Shown here in pieces: positions 12,301 through 22,488 of a stretch of 64,000 nt of DNA. The position numbers were made by a program, and so were the translations under genes. The stretch comes from Vicugna vicugna. Lineage: Eukaryota. The number at the start of each line of letters is the position of its first letter. Position 1 is the first letter of the stretch. Under the pieces are notes generated by a model. It did no database searches, was not told the DNA's origin, and was given only the letters and a program-made list of their open reading frames with translations. The DNA lies in contig MU058531.1 in assembly GCA_013265495.1 (NCBI GenBank), forward strand, positions 1,238,911 through 1,302,910, read 5' to 3'.

Positions 12301-13345
12301 CTATCCATGGCAGTCAGGAGACACGTCTTCCCTCCAGTGGGCACCTCGTTTCTCAGCCACAAGCTGAATAAATTAGGAGTGGCTGGCATAAAGTTTGAGT
12401 TTATCATTAATGTCCACCCATCTTACTTTCTTGACATCATCACCAGCTTCCAAAGGAAGATGAGCCATTACCTCCCCTGTCTCCTCATGGTAATTCACAG
12501 CCTCTGTCTCCATCCATGCGTTATCCGTGTTTCGGGGGTCATCCACATAGCCTTTATAGACCACAAAGTGTTCCTGGCTGAATAGTTTGTGCAGCTGTTT
12601 CTCCAACTCCTGTGCTTCTGTTTCGGATTTCTGTAGGGAGTTCATGGCTTCCTCACCAAATTTCCTCTTCAGTGTGCTACTAATCTTCTCTCCGGGATCC
12701 ACTATCCCCCTAGGGATGGCCCATTCTCCACAGTCTTTCCTTTTGATGGCCACAAATTGCAGGATGTTTCTCCCAGAAACCGGGTGGGTAACTCTATTTC
12801 CCTTGCCATCGTTTTTCCACCTGGTTAAGATGGGATCTGCAGCCTGACTGGGACCCCAACGCCCCAGGAGCCCTCTGCCAACCAGCCCTATCCGACCTGC
12901 AGGATTTCTGGGTCTACCGTTTTCAACCTCATACAAACCGGTCCGGCTCCTTCTCTCAACATGCCCATCCTTTTCGTTAAATTTAGGAGAGAAGTTCCTT
13001 TCCCCGACTGGGGGATCTGCCCAAAAGGGTCTGGCCAAGACAGAGCCAGAAGTGTACTCGACAGGCTTGTACTCTGGCCGCTCAACCAGCCAGCTCACTT
13101 TCTCGTCGGGGACTGCAGTTCTTTCTACTGTAGAGCCAGGGTACGGAGATGTCCTGGCCTTCTTGTGGGGGGTGTCGGCAGCGCCATCTGACACTGACAT
13201 GGTGAAGTCTGGGGGAAACCCACGTGATGAACACAGGCTCCAGCCCAGAGATGTCCGGGCAGCTGCTAGGCTTGACTGCCATGGAGGCCAAGGCCACAGA
13301 GAGAGACACGGTCTTCAAAGCCTTTGCCAGTCAGTGTCCAGCCAT
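12301..13345 (-). pseudogene. NUDT9P1: Processed (intronless) NUDT9 retrocopy/retrogene, full ancestral CDS span; probable ortholog of human NUDT9P1
   Basis: The minus strand reads [20 protein letters not shown] from ATG 13345 (NUDT9: [21 protein letters not shown]). It frameshifts into the 275-aa ORF ([80 protein letters not shown]). After TAA at 12375-12373 it continues FIQLVAEKRGAHWREDVSPDCHG to TAG 12303-12301. No introns. NUDT9 homology is unambiguous; the P1 orthology is inferred from recalled synteny. Confidence 0.93.
12373..13200 (-). CDS. Residual 275-aa ORF of the NUDT9 retrocopy: leaderless (NUDT9 short-isoform-like) Nudix protein, C-terminally truncated, altered Nudix box
   Basis: Uninterrupted ORF starting at the Met equivalent to NUDT9 internal MSGSNG, in good Kozak context (CACC-ATG, A at -3). 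Whether it is translated is unknown. Confidence 0.3.
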   Translation of the reverse strand: MSVSDGAADTPHKKARTSPYPGSTVERTAVPDEKVSWLVERPEYKPVEYTSGSVLARPFWADPPVGERNFSPKFNEKDGHVERRSRTGLYEVENGRPRNPAGRIGLVGRGLLGRWGPSQAADPILTRWKNDGKGNRVTHPVSGRNILQFVAIKRKDCGEWAIPRGIVDPGEKISSTLKRKFGEEAMNSLQKSETEAQELEKQLHKLFSQEHFVVYKGYVDDPRNTDNAWMETEAVNYHEETGEVMAHLPLEAGDDVKKVRWVDINDKLKLYASHS

Positions 13346-13520
13346 CCATCGCCCAGCGGCCCGCGGGGATTTCCACGGGCGCTTCAGGGGTGGCGCTTCC
13401 AACCACGCCTGCAGGGCGCCTTGCTTTGAATGTGTGGCCAGCGGTGCAGCTGGGCCGCGTTGGGTGGGGAGACACACCAAGACGCCAGCGCAGCTCCCCC
13501 TTGGGGCCATCGTCACGTTA
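13346..13520 (-). promoter_or_regulatory. Small CpG-rich 5'UTR/putative promoter patch of the retrocopy
   Basis: 16 CpGs counted by hand in ~170 bp (13350-13517), GC-rich, ending abruptly at AT-rich flank near 13518. Confidence 0.5.
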
Positions 13521-14161
13521 GTATTTTACAATAAAAGATTACAAAGTCTGGTAAGGGATTCCAAAGGTGAAGTGCTGGGATTGAGAACATCCTCCAAATA
13601 CCACCAACAAAATGAGCACACGACAACAACAAAAGTGCTTTCTTGCTTAGCAGGGTATTCAGCCTTACGGGTAGATTTAGTTAACTGGGACTAGGACCAG
13701 TGTCTGTTTGGGAGAAGGCAGAATGAATGTGTTGGAGGCTGTGGGGAACAAAACTGTTTGTTTGGGAGGCCCAAAAGCCTGGTGAGGGTGACCTCAAAGG
13801 AGAGAGCTCACTTGGGGCACCCAGCATGGTCCTGGTGAGAAATCCATGAGCAGTGATGTGCATGGTGTGGGAGACGGGTGCAGATCTCAGGCCCATCATT
13901 TACTAGCTGAATGGCTTAGACGAGTTGCACAAGCTTTATATTCAATGGAGTAACGGTTACAGCATGCCAGGAGCTGTCAAGCACAGAAGATTGTACTGAA
14001 GTCTGGACCTCATGGCCTCTGCTCTTAAAGGATTCTGACTGAGGAGGCAACACATACATTAAAAAACAGAACTGACATGGGAAGGGCAGTGTGCAGTAAT
14101 CCTTAAGAGTTGAACACAATCAGGTTCAGATCCCAGCTTTCCCTCCTCCTCAGCTTTTGGG

Positions 14162-14255
14162 TTTTTTTAGGAGGTAATGGGGATTGAACCCAGGACCTCG
14201 TGCATGCTAAGCATACACTCTAAGCATACACTCTGCCACTGAGCTATACCCTACC
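14162..14255 (-). mobile_element. Camelid Vic-1-type tRNA-derived SINE inside a MIR
   Basis: Reverse complement GGGTATAGCTCAGTGGCAGAG...GAGGTCCTGGGTTCAATCCCC with A/B boxes. Internal 13-bp duplication (TAAGCATACACTC)x2 and imperfect CCCAGCTT TSD. Confidence 0.9.
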
Positions 14256-14880
14256 AGCCCCAGCTTGCCTTTCTTAACTGAGATCTTCTCCAGCAAAGTT
14301 ACTTAAATTGCTTAAGCTCACTTCAGTTCCCTTAGGTGTAAAATGGAAATAGAATTGTGGTGACAGTTAAGTAGGATGTTACATATAAAGCTGTTGGCAT
14401 AATAACTGGCCCATCATACATATTCAGAAATGCTAGTTGTCATTAACTTTTTGACGGTGCACCTTGAAAACTGTCGATTAGAAGAGGACAGTTGAAATGA
14501 TCATGGGAATTGAGTGGCTCACATAGGAGGTCAGAGTTAAATAACCTATGATTTCTCTGTCTGGAGAAATTCAGGATGAGAAATAACAGCATCTAGGTCC
14601 TGAAATGGTATGAGAAGAGGCACGGGCTAAGTCATTATATCTAAGGACCTACGGAAAAGTATCTGAACATTTGAAACAGATAGTTTTAGAACAAATGCCG
14701 TACTGTCCACCCTAATTGAAACCCAAAGGATATTTAACATTTCCCAAAGTTTGTTCTGTGTTATACCACTCCCATGAGAAAGATGTTCAAGGAATAAATG
14801 ATTTGATTAATCAAATATATTTGGGAAATTCCACCTATTTTACCACTCTCCTTTAGGAATTTAAGATTTACATAGTGTTT

Positions 14881-15017
14881 GGGGGGAAGGGTATAGCTCA
14901 AGTGGTAGGGTGCATGTTCAGCACCCAAGAGGTCCTGAGTTCAATCCCCAGTACCTCCTCCAAGTGGAAATCAATGAAGAAACCTAATTACCTCCCCCTC
15001 AAAAAGCAAACAATAAC
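14881..15017 (+). mobile_element. Vic-1-type SINE, long-tail form, with 18-bp TSD
   Basis: GGGTATAGCTCAAGTGGTAG...GAGTTCAATCCCCAGTACCTCC. TSD AAGATTTACATAG(T/C)GTTT at 14863-14880 and 15018-15035. Confidence 0.92.
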
Positions 15018-15438
15018 AAGATTTACATAGCGTTTTAAAGACCCTGTGAATTCCAGTAAAAACAAAACAAATCAACCCTAAACAGTTTAATTCTATTTCA
15101 TCTAGTATTTTCCAAACTATTGGACCAGAGAATGCTTCTATTATGCAATAGCTGGCATTATTTTAAGAACACACTTCCTCAAGTTTAGAAAAGTTTCAAA
15201 ATATGTATATGTGCTTGGGGGTAGATCTCTAACCACTTGAAGTCGTCATCATCAGCAACAGCAGCATCTCTGTGGAAGGCAACTGCTGAATACCCACTCA
15301 TCACCCTCATAAAGAACTCTAAACTAAAGGAGCTAGGCTTCCTGAAAGCTTGAAACCCAGAAATAGTTGGGACTATAGAGAACAAAATGGTAGAGAAGGA
15401 CTGAAAGCAAAGAAATATGAGACCTGGTTATCATGAAT

Positions 15439-15471
15439 CACCACCACCACCACCACCATCATCATCATCAT
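15439..15471 (+). repeat. (CAC)n(CAT)n compound microsatellite
   Basis: CACCACCACCACCACCACCATCATCATCATCAT read directly. Confidence 0.9.
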
Positions 15472-16769
15472 TGTTGAGAATTTATGTGTGCACTGTACAA
15501 AGTGCCACTAGAAAAGAAAGATGATCATTAAAGGACATGGTCTGAGCTCTGTAACTAGTGTCTTCTTATGGCTGCATTTTTTTTCAATCATGGAATTCCT
15601 ATTCCCCTGAGTCTCTCAGAAATATATTAGGAAGACCACTGATACGAAAACTTAAACATTTTGGAAGAAGACATTTGTAAATTCCTCATATTATTATTAC
15701 CAGGTATCATAATCTAACTCACAAGAAATAAATGAAGCAGAAGGCTTGGGTCTGATTCTACCTTCTCCCCATCCGAGACAGTTTAGCTTTGCATCTGACA
15801 CTTGGCTTCCCTGAGTCTTGATTCTTCATTCTAAAAAGAATCAGATGACCTCTGTTATCCACAAAAGTCCTTCTGGCTTTAACATTGTCTTATTCTAGGA
15901 TCTATGAAAATCTCATTATTTGAAGGCCAAGGTCAAATGCTATGAATCAAAAAGATCAGATGTTCAAATATAAACAACCAGATGCTTGAGGGCAAGAGAC
16001 ACTTGAGGAAGGCAAGGGAACAGGGGAGGCATGGTGTGTCAAGTAAGTGCAGAAAGAGAGTGGGCCAAAGGAGAATTCTTGGAGCACCTGGAAAGGAACA
16101 TCAAAACCAGTAATGAGGGGTTTTGTTTTGTTTTTAGCATCAAAGGGAAGCAGACTTAAATCAGACCATTTGATGATCATGGTGCAAAAGGTGCCCTAAG
16201 GGAAGGGAATGAAATACCATAATAGAGACCAAAAGAATTATTTGCTGGGAAGCCACTGGGGAGATTCTCTTTCCTAAATTGTCTTCTGAGGCAACAATGT
16301 CTGAAGCAGAAAAACAAACAGAGCTCAACACAGAGAAAATTCTGCTCCCAACCATGGGAAAGCCCTAAAGGAACTTTGACCTGTCACTATGAACTATTCT
16401 TGGGTCAGAGCTTGTCTGTGTGATTCCCATTTTATCAAGAATATTATGGAGGCCAGAGTGGGGACAGGGAGGATCAGGGTGAGTACAGGGCTCCAGCAGT
16501 GCAAGAATCCCGAATCACCCCTCCAGCCTCTGTTGGGAAGCAGAAACAAGTGGCACCCAGCAAACTGGATTATCATAAATTATCCATCTCTTCCTAAAGT
16601 GATGCTAAGGCTCAACTTTTGAAAGAAATCTGGAAGGAAAGCAGAGAAAAGGGTTCCTCCTCTCTTTAAAGTGATAATACTGATAATAAATAACAGCAAT
16701 CAAACAAATCCCATTTACTAAATGCCTTCCATGTTCCAGTCTGTGGCATACAGGTTTCCCCAGGTTTGC

Positions 16770-17120
16770 CTGCCTGGTTTTGAATCCTGGTTCAGCCACT
16801 TCTTGGCTTGTTGATCTTGGGAACTTCTTTGGGCTTTAGTTTTCTCATCTAGAAATAATAATGGAATCTATATTAAAGGGTCAATATGATATAATTCATT
16901 TAAAGAGCTTAGAATAATGCCTGGTCCATAGTAACCTCAACAAATATTAGCTATTATAGGTATTGTTATTAATAAATAAACCTTACATTTTCATTTTATC
17001 TAATTTTCAAATTACCCTATGCATTAGGCACATATACTAATAACATCACCAATTGATAGACTGTGGACATGGCAGTTCATGGAAGTTAAATAACTTGCCC
17101 AAGGTCTCACAGCTAGTTTA
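16770..17120. mobile_element. Two adjacent, oppositely oriented MIR fragments
   Basis: TTTGAATCCTGGTTCAGCCACT...TTTCTCATCT on plus, then AAGTTAAATAACTTGCCCAAGGTCTCACAGCTAG from a minus copy. Confidence 0.65.
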
Positions 17121-17809
17121 CTGGGCTATGTCTCAGAACTGGAAAGGCTTGGCAATAGTAAACTTGTATTTTATTGATAGTCTAAATGCACACTGAATTT
17201 TATTTTATATGGCAAAATGTCACCATTTTATTGTAACTAAAAAAAAAATTAAGTTATATTAAGACGGTTCTGCTAGGTTCACTCTGTATGAGAGGAAGAG
17301 GTTGGAGAGAGACAATGAAACCTTTAGCAACCTGTTGTAGTAACACAGTTGTAAAGAGAAAATGCCCTGAACCATGTGCCAGTTCAGACTAGAAAGACGG
17401 GTCAGAGAGACAGCCTGATGTGAAAGAGGAGGCATGAAGGGAAGGAAGAGTCAAAGACCATTCATTTTAATCCTAAAGGGCCCAAAGGATGGTGGTGACA
17501 GGTAGAAATAGGGAAGTAAGGAGGGCAGCTGGCAATGGACCCTTTCAGATGGACAAGGCATGGCAGATGATGGCTTTGGGAATTCTAGATTCTGCCACTG
17601 ACATTTGTGCCTCAGTAGCCTCTCCTATAAAATGAGGAGTTGATCTAGAATTAATCCTTCAATTCCTTCCAGCTTCCTAGAGAAAACCTGTCAATGAAAT
17701 AGAGGAAGTAGAAGAAAGATATTGGGGATTAAAGAGTCAGTGAGTGCTCAAGGTATTGGGTCATTAGTCTGGCTTTGAAGTAAAAGAGAAAAACGGGACA
17801 ATGATTGAC

Positions 17810-17912
17810 TTTTTTTTTTAATCTTTTTTTTTTAATGGAGGTACTGGGTGTTGAACCCAGGACCTCATGCATGCTAAGCATGTGCTCTGCCACTGAGCTA
17901 CACACCCCCACC
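17810..17912 (-). mobile_element. Vic-1-type SINE
   Basis: Reverse complement GTGTAGCTCAGTGGCAGAGCACATGCTTAGCATGCATGAGGTCCTGGGTTCAACACCCAGTACCTCC plus A-rich tail. Confidence 0.92.
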
Positions 17913-20900
17913 AACATTTTTAAGATTAAAGAAAACTATGCCGTGTAAGAAATGACGTCAGCAGGATAATTAATACAGCCATATGAAGAATAGAGGCTGT
18001 CTATAAATTAACCTAAGAATTCTAAACTAAAATGTGAAACAATCAAAGTCAAGTAGTCTCTATTTATAGGAAAGATAAGCTTCAGTTTGTGTGGTGTGAT
18101 GTGAGGGGGTTAGGAAAGTCCAGCTGCCCCCAAAATACCTTTCTGACCCTTAAAATACTGCCTGGATTTCCACCATTAAAAAAAACCCTGTGGGTGTGGT
18201 TTGTATAGGGAAATGCACATTTATTTCACATTCAGCTGTTGTCATGCTTTCTGGTGAATTAGTGTAGCAAGCTGACAACTAGCTAAGGACAATCAACTGA
18301 GGAGGCAAAGCTTTGGAAGAGGAGGCAGAAGGGATCTTTTGGTATGTGTGGCATTTATTGCAACAGTCAGTTCAACAACACGTGGGCACCTGTTGTGCCC
18401 AGATCCTGAGCTATGTTCTAGAGATGAGAAGGTGAGGAGATTGTGGTTCATTTCCTCAAGGTGCTTAGAGTCCAGAGAGCAGGCTGCATGAAGATCCTGG
18501 AGCTGGGGGAGTTTTGAAAAGTGGGACCAGGGACCTGGAAAGGAAAAGTGGGGGGGGGGGGCAAAGAAGATTCTTACTATCACATTTTTGTTGAAGGATT
18601 GGACACTCAATTCAAGGAAGGCTTTTTCTTGATGCCAGTGAGTTCCCCTAAGGAACTACCAAAATTTTAAACTGGTAGGTTTGACACTTTGTAGGCTGCA
18701 GAATGACAGGTCATCCATATCCCTTTAATTCAATGATTTTTTTTGGTCCTTTAAAATTTAAATCAGTAAAATTTGACTGTATCAGAACTTGTAAACTATA
18801 TTGTAGACTATGAAATACAGGTCCACTGCTAATTTTGATGTCCCTCTTCCCTCGGGGAACCTCACACATGCAGCACTGATTGCACGGTGGGAATGCTGAG
18901 GTTGGTACAGAACAGGCAGCAGGAAGTGTGGAGGAACGGGAGCTAGAAAGATAACTGAGAACTTCTTTAAACAGCAGACAAGAGGAGCACCATATTCCCA
19001 TAGATGGCATTCAACAAGCACCCTGAGATATAACTTCTAGTAATGGAGAGGACACTCAACTATGGCTTAAGAGATTTGGGGGGCCACTTGTGGCTCTGGT
19101 GTCTGCCAGCAGAATGGCTTTGGGAAAACATAACATTACTTACCTATATTTATTGAACACAGACTATCTGATAGGCAGTGTGCTATGTGTTTTACCTGTA
19201 AAAACATTTAATTCTTAACAACAACCCACCAAGATAGGTTCTACTTCCTATTTTATAGATCAGGAAACTTAAACACAGATAAGCTCAAGCTCATATAACC
19301 TAACATTTGTCAAAGCAGGGATTTGAATACAGGTAGCCAAACTCTAATGCCCATGTTTAACTACCATGATACTCCAGTTAGAGAAGTCTTTTGGGCCTCA
19401 GCTCCCTTAAAAGTGGACATGTAAAGCCAGACAATGTCCAGATTTCTTTCTAGTTTTAAAATGTTATGATTCTAATTACATGAATTACACCTATTCTAAA
19501 TATGCTTAGAATTAATCTGTGTTTCTGAGTGCCCTGTCTTAGAGAACTGAGATTTAAAGACAAATTTCTGAAATCTGGTCTTTCCTAGTCATCTCTTATG
19601 TTTCAGTCAAGTTGGATTTTCACTCTACTAAGACTGTCCTTCCTCAATCTCCATCTATTGAAATTCTACCCAGCTATTGAAATGCTACCTCGTTCAAAGA
19701 GCCATTCTCAATCTTTGGAGATTTAGAGTGGAGATGTATTAGACTGTTGGGGTTTGGGATCTAGGAAAAATATCTGTGCTAATGAAAGGAAAAGATGTAG
19801 CACACGGAGAAGAAAGGGTGGAGAGAGACACTTAAGAGATGAGGAAGGTTAAGAGGACTAGCAGCAGTGTCGCTGGTGACCTGCACCAGCAAAGCCTTCC
19901 CTGAAACCAGCAATCATGAAGACACCAGTTACATTCAGTAGTGCCCAGCTAGTATATGTGAGGTGAGATAACAAATGTAAAATATTTCGCATAGTGTCTA
20001 GAGAGGCAACAAGATGATAGTTCCAAATTCCATCACCTCTATAAGAAATTGCTTATCTCCTTCATGCTGAAGAAGGCTGCCATCCTACCCAGGAAGGAGC
20101 AGGATAAGCAGAGGTCAAGGGCAGGAGGAGGTATGTGGGAACACAAAGAGAAAAGTGAGCCAGAGATAGAGAAGAGGAAAAAGGGAACATAAGGGAGTCA
20201 TGGTAAAGAAGTGGACAGAGGAGAAATGGAAGCAAAAGGGCAAAGAGAGAGAAGAGAGTTCTGGGACTCGGAAAGAAAAAGAGAAAGTTTGTGCTGCCCA
20301 CAGAGAAGCCAAGCCCCAGAGGGAGAGTCCCAGAGGTAATCAAGTCCTGGAGGTAATCAAGCATCCAAGTCTAGTGCAACCTCAGATTCCTTCTCCTTTC
20401 CTTGTCCTGATCTGTACTGGAGGGGTTCTGAACCCTGCCTCCTGTATCTTGTCCACTGGTCTCTCTTGTGTCCTACTACTGGGTGGTCCCAGAGGGTGAG
20501 GAAGGAAAAGGCCAGGGGATTCCTTCCCCACTTTCTGCTTTGGGAGGCATCTCCAGCAGTAGCTGAACATCCCTCATGGCTCCAGCGCCCACTGGACAAG
20601 CCCTTCCTGGTTCTGGTAGCCTCTTCCCTTTATCCGTCCAGACCTAGGAGAGAAGATGCACCCAGCAGTTACTAATCTCAGAGTTGCCTCACCTTTCCCT
20701 GGTTGTAATTATAGTTCTTTCAACAGCTTTGTAACTAATGCACTGCATTAAATGATCACCATCGAGGAACCTGGAAAAGAAAACTTTTGTTCTTGGATTC
20801 ACCCTCAGAGTTCAAACACAGCTTTCGCAGGGGGACTGAAAGCAGTGCATCTAGTGAGTAAGAAACCCAGCCATTCCAAGAGTCAGGGAGGGTCCGGGTC

Positions 20901-22312
20901 CACTTCTCCATTGCTTGATTGGAGAGCGATGGATCCACAGTGGCTGTCAGAGTGGAGGGGCTCTTAGCCAGGGAATTATCTGTAAAATGACTGGGTTTGT
21001 GGCCATTCATGTCTATTTCTTCATGATTTACTATACTCATTTTAATCATCTTGAGCCTCAGCATAAGGAACATCTGTTTTTATTCCTCCAAGCAGCATTA
21101 AGTGCCCATAATGAGTACAGACGGCACACAGCTAGGTGTGGTGAGGTGGAAACACAGAGACACACTGGGAGGGCAATCTCAGGGTTTTGAAAGTGTTTGC
21201 TTTTTGCAAGATAAGGTTTGTGGATGGTCTGTCAGGAGACCCTCTTGATAGAGATGCTCTTGAAGTTTTGCAGTCCCAGCAGAGCTGCAGACACTCAGTT
21301 TTATTCTTCAAGCGTTCATCTCTCCCATCCCCAGAACCCTGTTAAAACTAGGTTCCTGTTCCACAGCCTAGTGGGGGCACAGAGTAGGCATATGGCTGAC
21401 CCTCAAGCCACAGGGGGAGGATTCTGCACAGCGGTCGAGGAGGCTGCACCGAGATGGTAGGAGATGGTGTACAAGCTGAGTCTACGCTGGAGGGAGCGAT
21501 GGGGTTTCCGGCAGAGAACAAAGCAGGATCAAAATCAATTATGAAAGGACAGGGGCATCTGAGGTGTTGTCTGTAGAAAAGGGCTTGGGGGGTGAGGCGG
21601 CAGTGGAGAAGAGACTGAAAGGTGGAGGCCCAGCTGCAGAGGACTCAGACTAAGGAACTGGGGCTTGAGGCTACAGGAGTCATCAGAGGATCTTGAGCGT
21701 CCTGTGGCAAGGTCACTTCTGGGATGGCAACTTTGAATGCTGCGCGGAGGACGGATTTACAAGCAGAGAAGCTGGAAACAGGCGAAGGAACTGCGAGCTC
21801 CCAGGGGTAGCTCATATAGGAGGCCTCAGCTTGACCATCGCCGAAGGGGCATATTGACATTTGAGCTGCTTTTCTCTCCATCAAGGGCAAACATCCTCCG
21901 TCTGTTGGGGTGGGGTGGGATCGGGTGGTGGGTCAGGGGCAGAAAAAATGTCCCTTCTACGCCCAGATGGTACGATGACTCCAGCCTCTGAAGTTTCGAA
22001 TTTCTCCTTGCCAAGGTCGGGCCCCTACAGGTGGGCGCTGGCGAGCCCGGGCCCAACGAGTGGCTTGGCGCCCGCCCCCGGCAGCCGCCGCGGCTCGTCC
22101 CCTCCAGGCCCGGACGCCGCCGCGGGCCATGCCGGGCAGGGCGCTCCGGGAGCTGCGCGGCGGCGGCTCGAGGAGGCCTGGCGGGCGGCGGCGAGAGGCT
22201 GTGCCCCAGTTTGTGTCCAATCAGGGAGTGCGGGCTGTGCCCCGAGCCGGGCAGCAATGCGTAAACAAACCCACGGCAACTCCTCCGCCCCCTCGGCGCG
22301 CCAGCCCCGCGC

Positions 22313-22339
22313 CCGCCGCCGCCGCCGCCGCCGCCGCCG
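22313..22339 (+). repeat. (CCG)9 trinucleotide repeat at the presumed TSS
   Basis: Nine perfect CCG units read directly. Confidence 0.95.
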
Positions 22340-22488
22340 CATTCCAGGCGCGCGCCCTCTGCGCCCGTCACCTCCGTGGGGTTTAACGTTCGAAGCTCGC
22401 GTTCGGTGCCGTTTGTTCCAGACCATTCCCTCCTTACCCGCCACGCGCACCACGCGCCCCGCCCGGCTCGTGGCCTCCCGAGAGCAAG
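22330..22488 (+). other. PCGF5: Non-coding first exon (probably PCGF5 distal exon 1); start approximate
   Basis: Lies downstream of the CCAAT/FOX motifs, has no ATG, and ends at consensus donor CAAG|GTAAGG (GT at 22489-22490). The gene name rests only on recalled human NUDT9P1-PCGF5 synteny and orientation. Confidence 0.6.

Noticed and set aside
12661..12711. APOBEC-type hypermutation as cause of the clustered G->A changes
   Set aside because: Only three sites, compared against a remembered sequence; ordinary transitions explain them equally well.
12587..13694. Plus-strand ORFs overlapping the retrocopy
   Set aside because: Antisense shadows of coding-like or GC-rich sequence, with no independent support.
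14881..14960. tRNA-like sequences (also 14162, 17810, 57453)
   Set aside because: A-rich tails, TSDs and degenerate stems show they are SINE heads, not tRNA genes.
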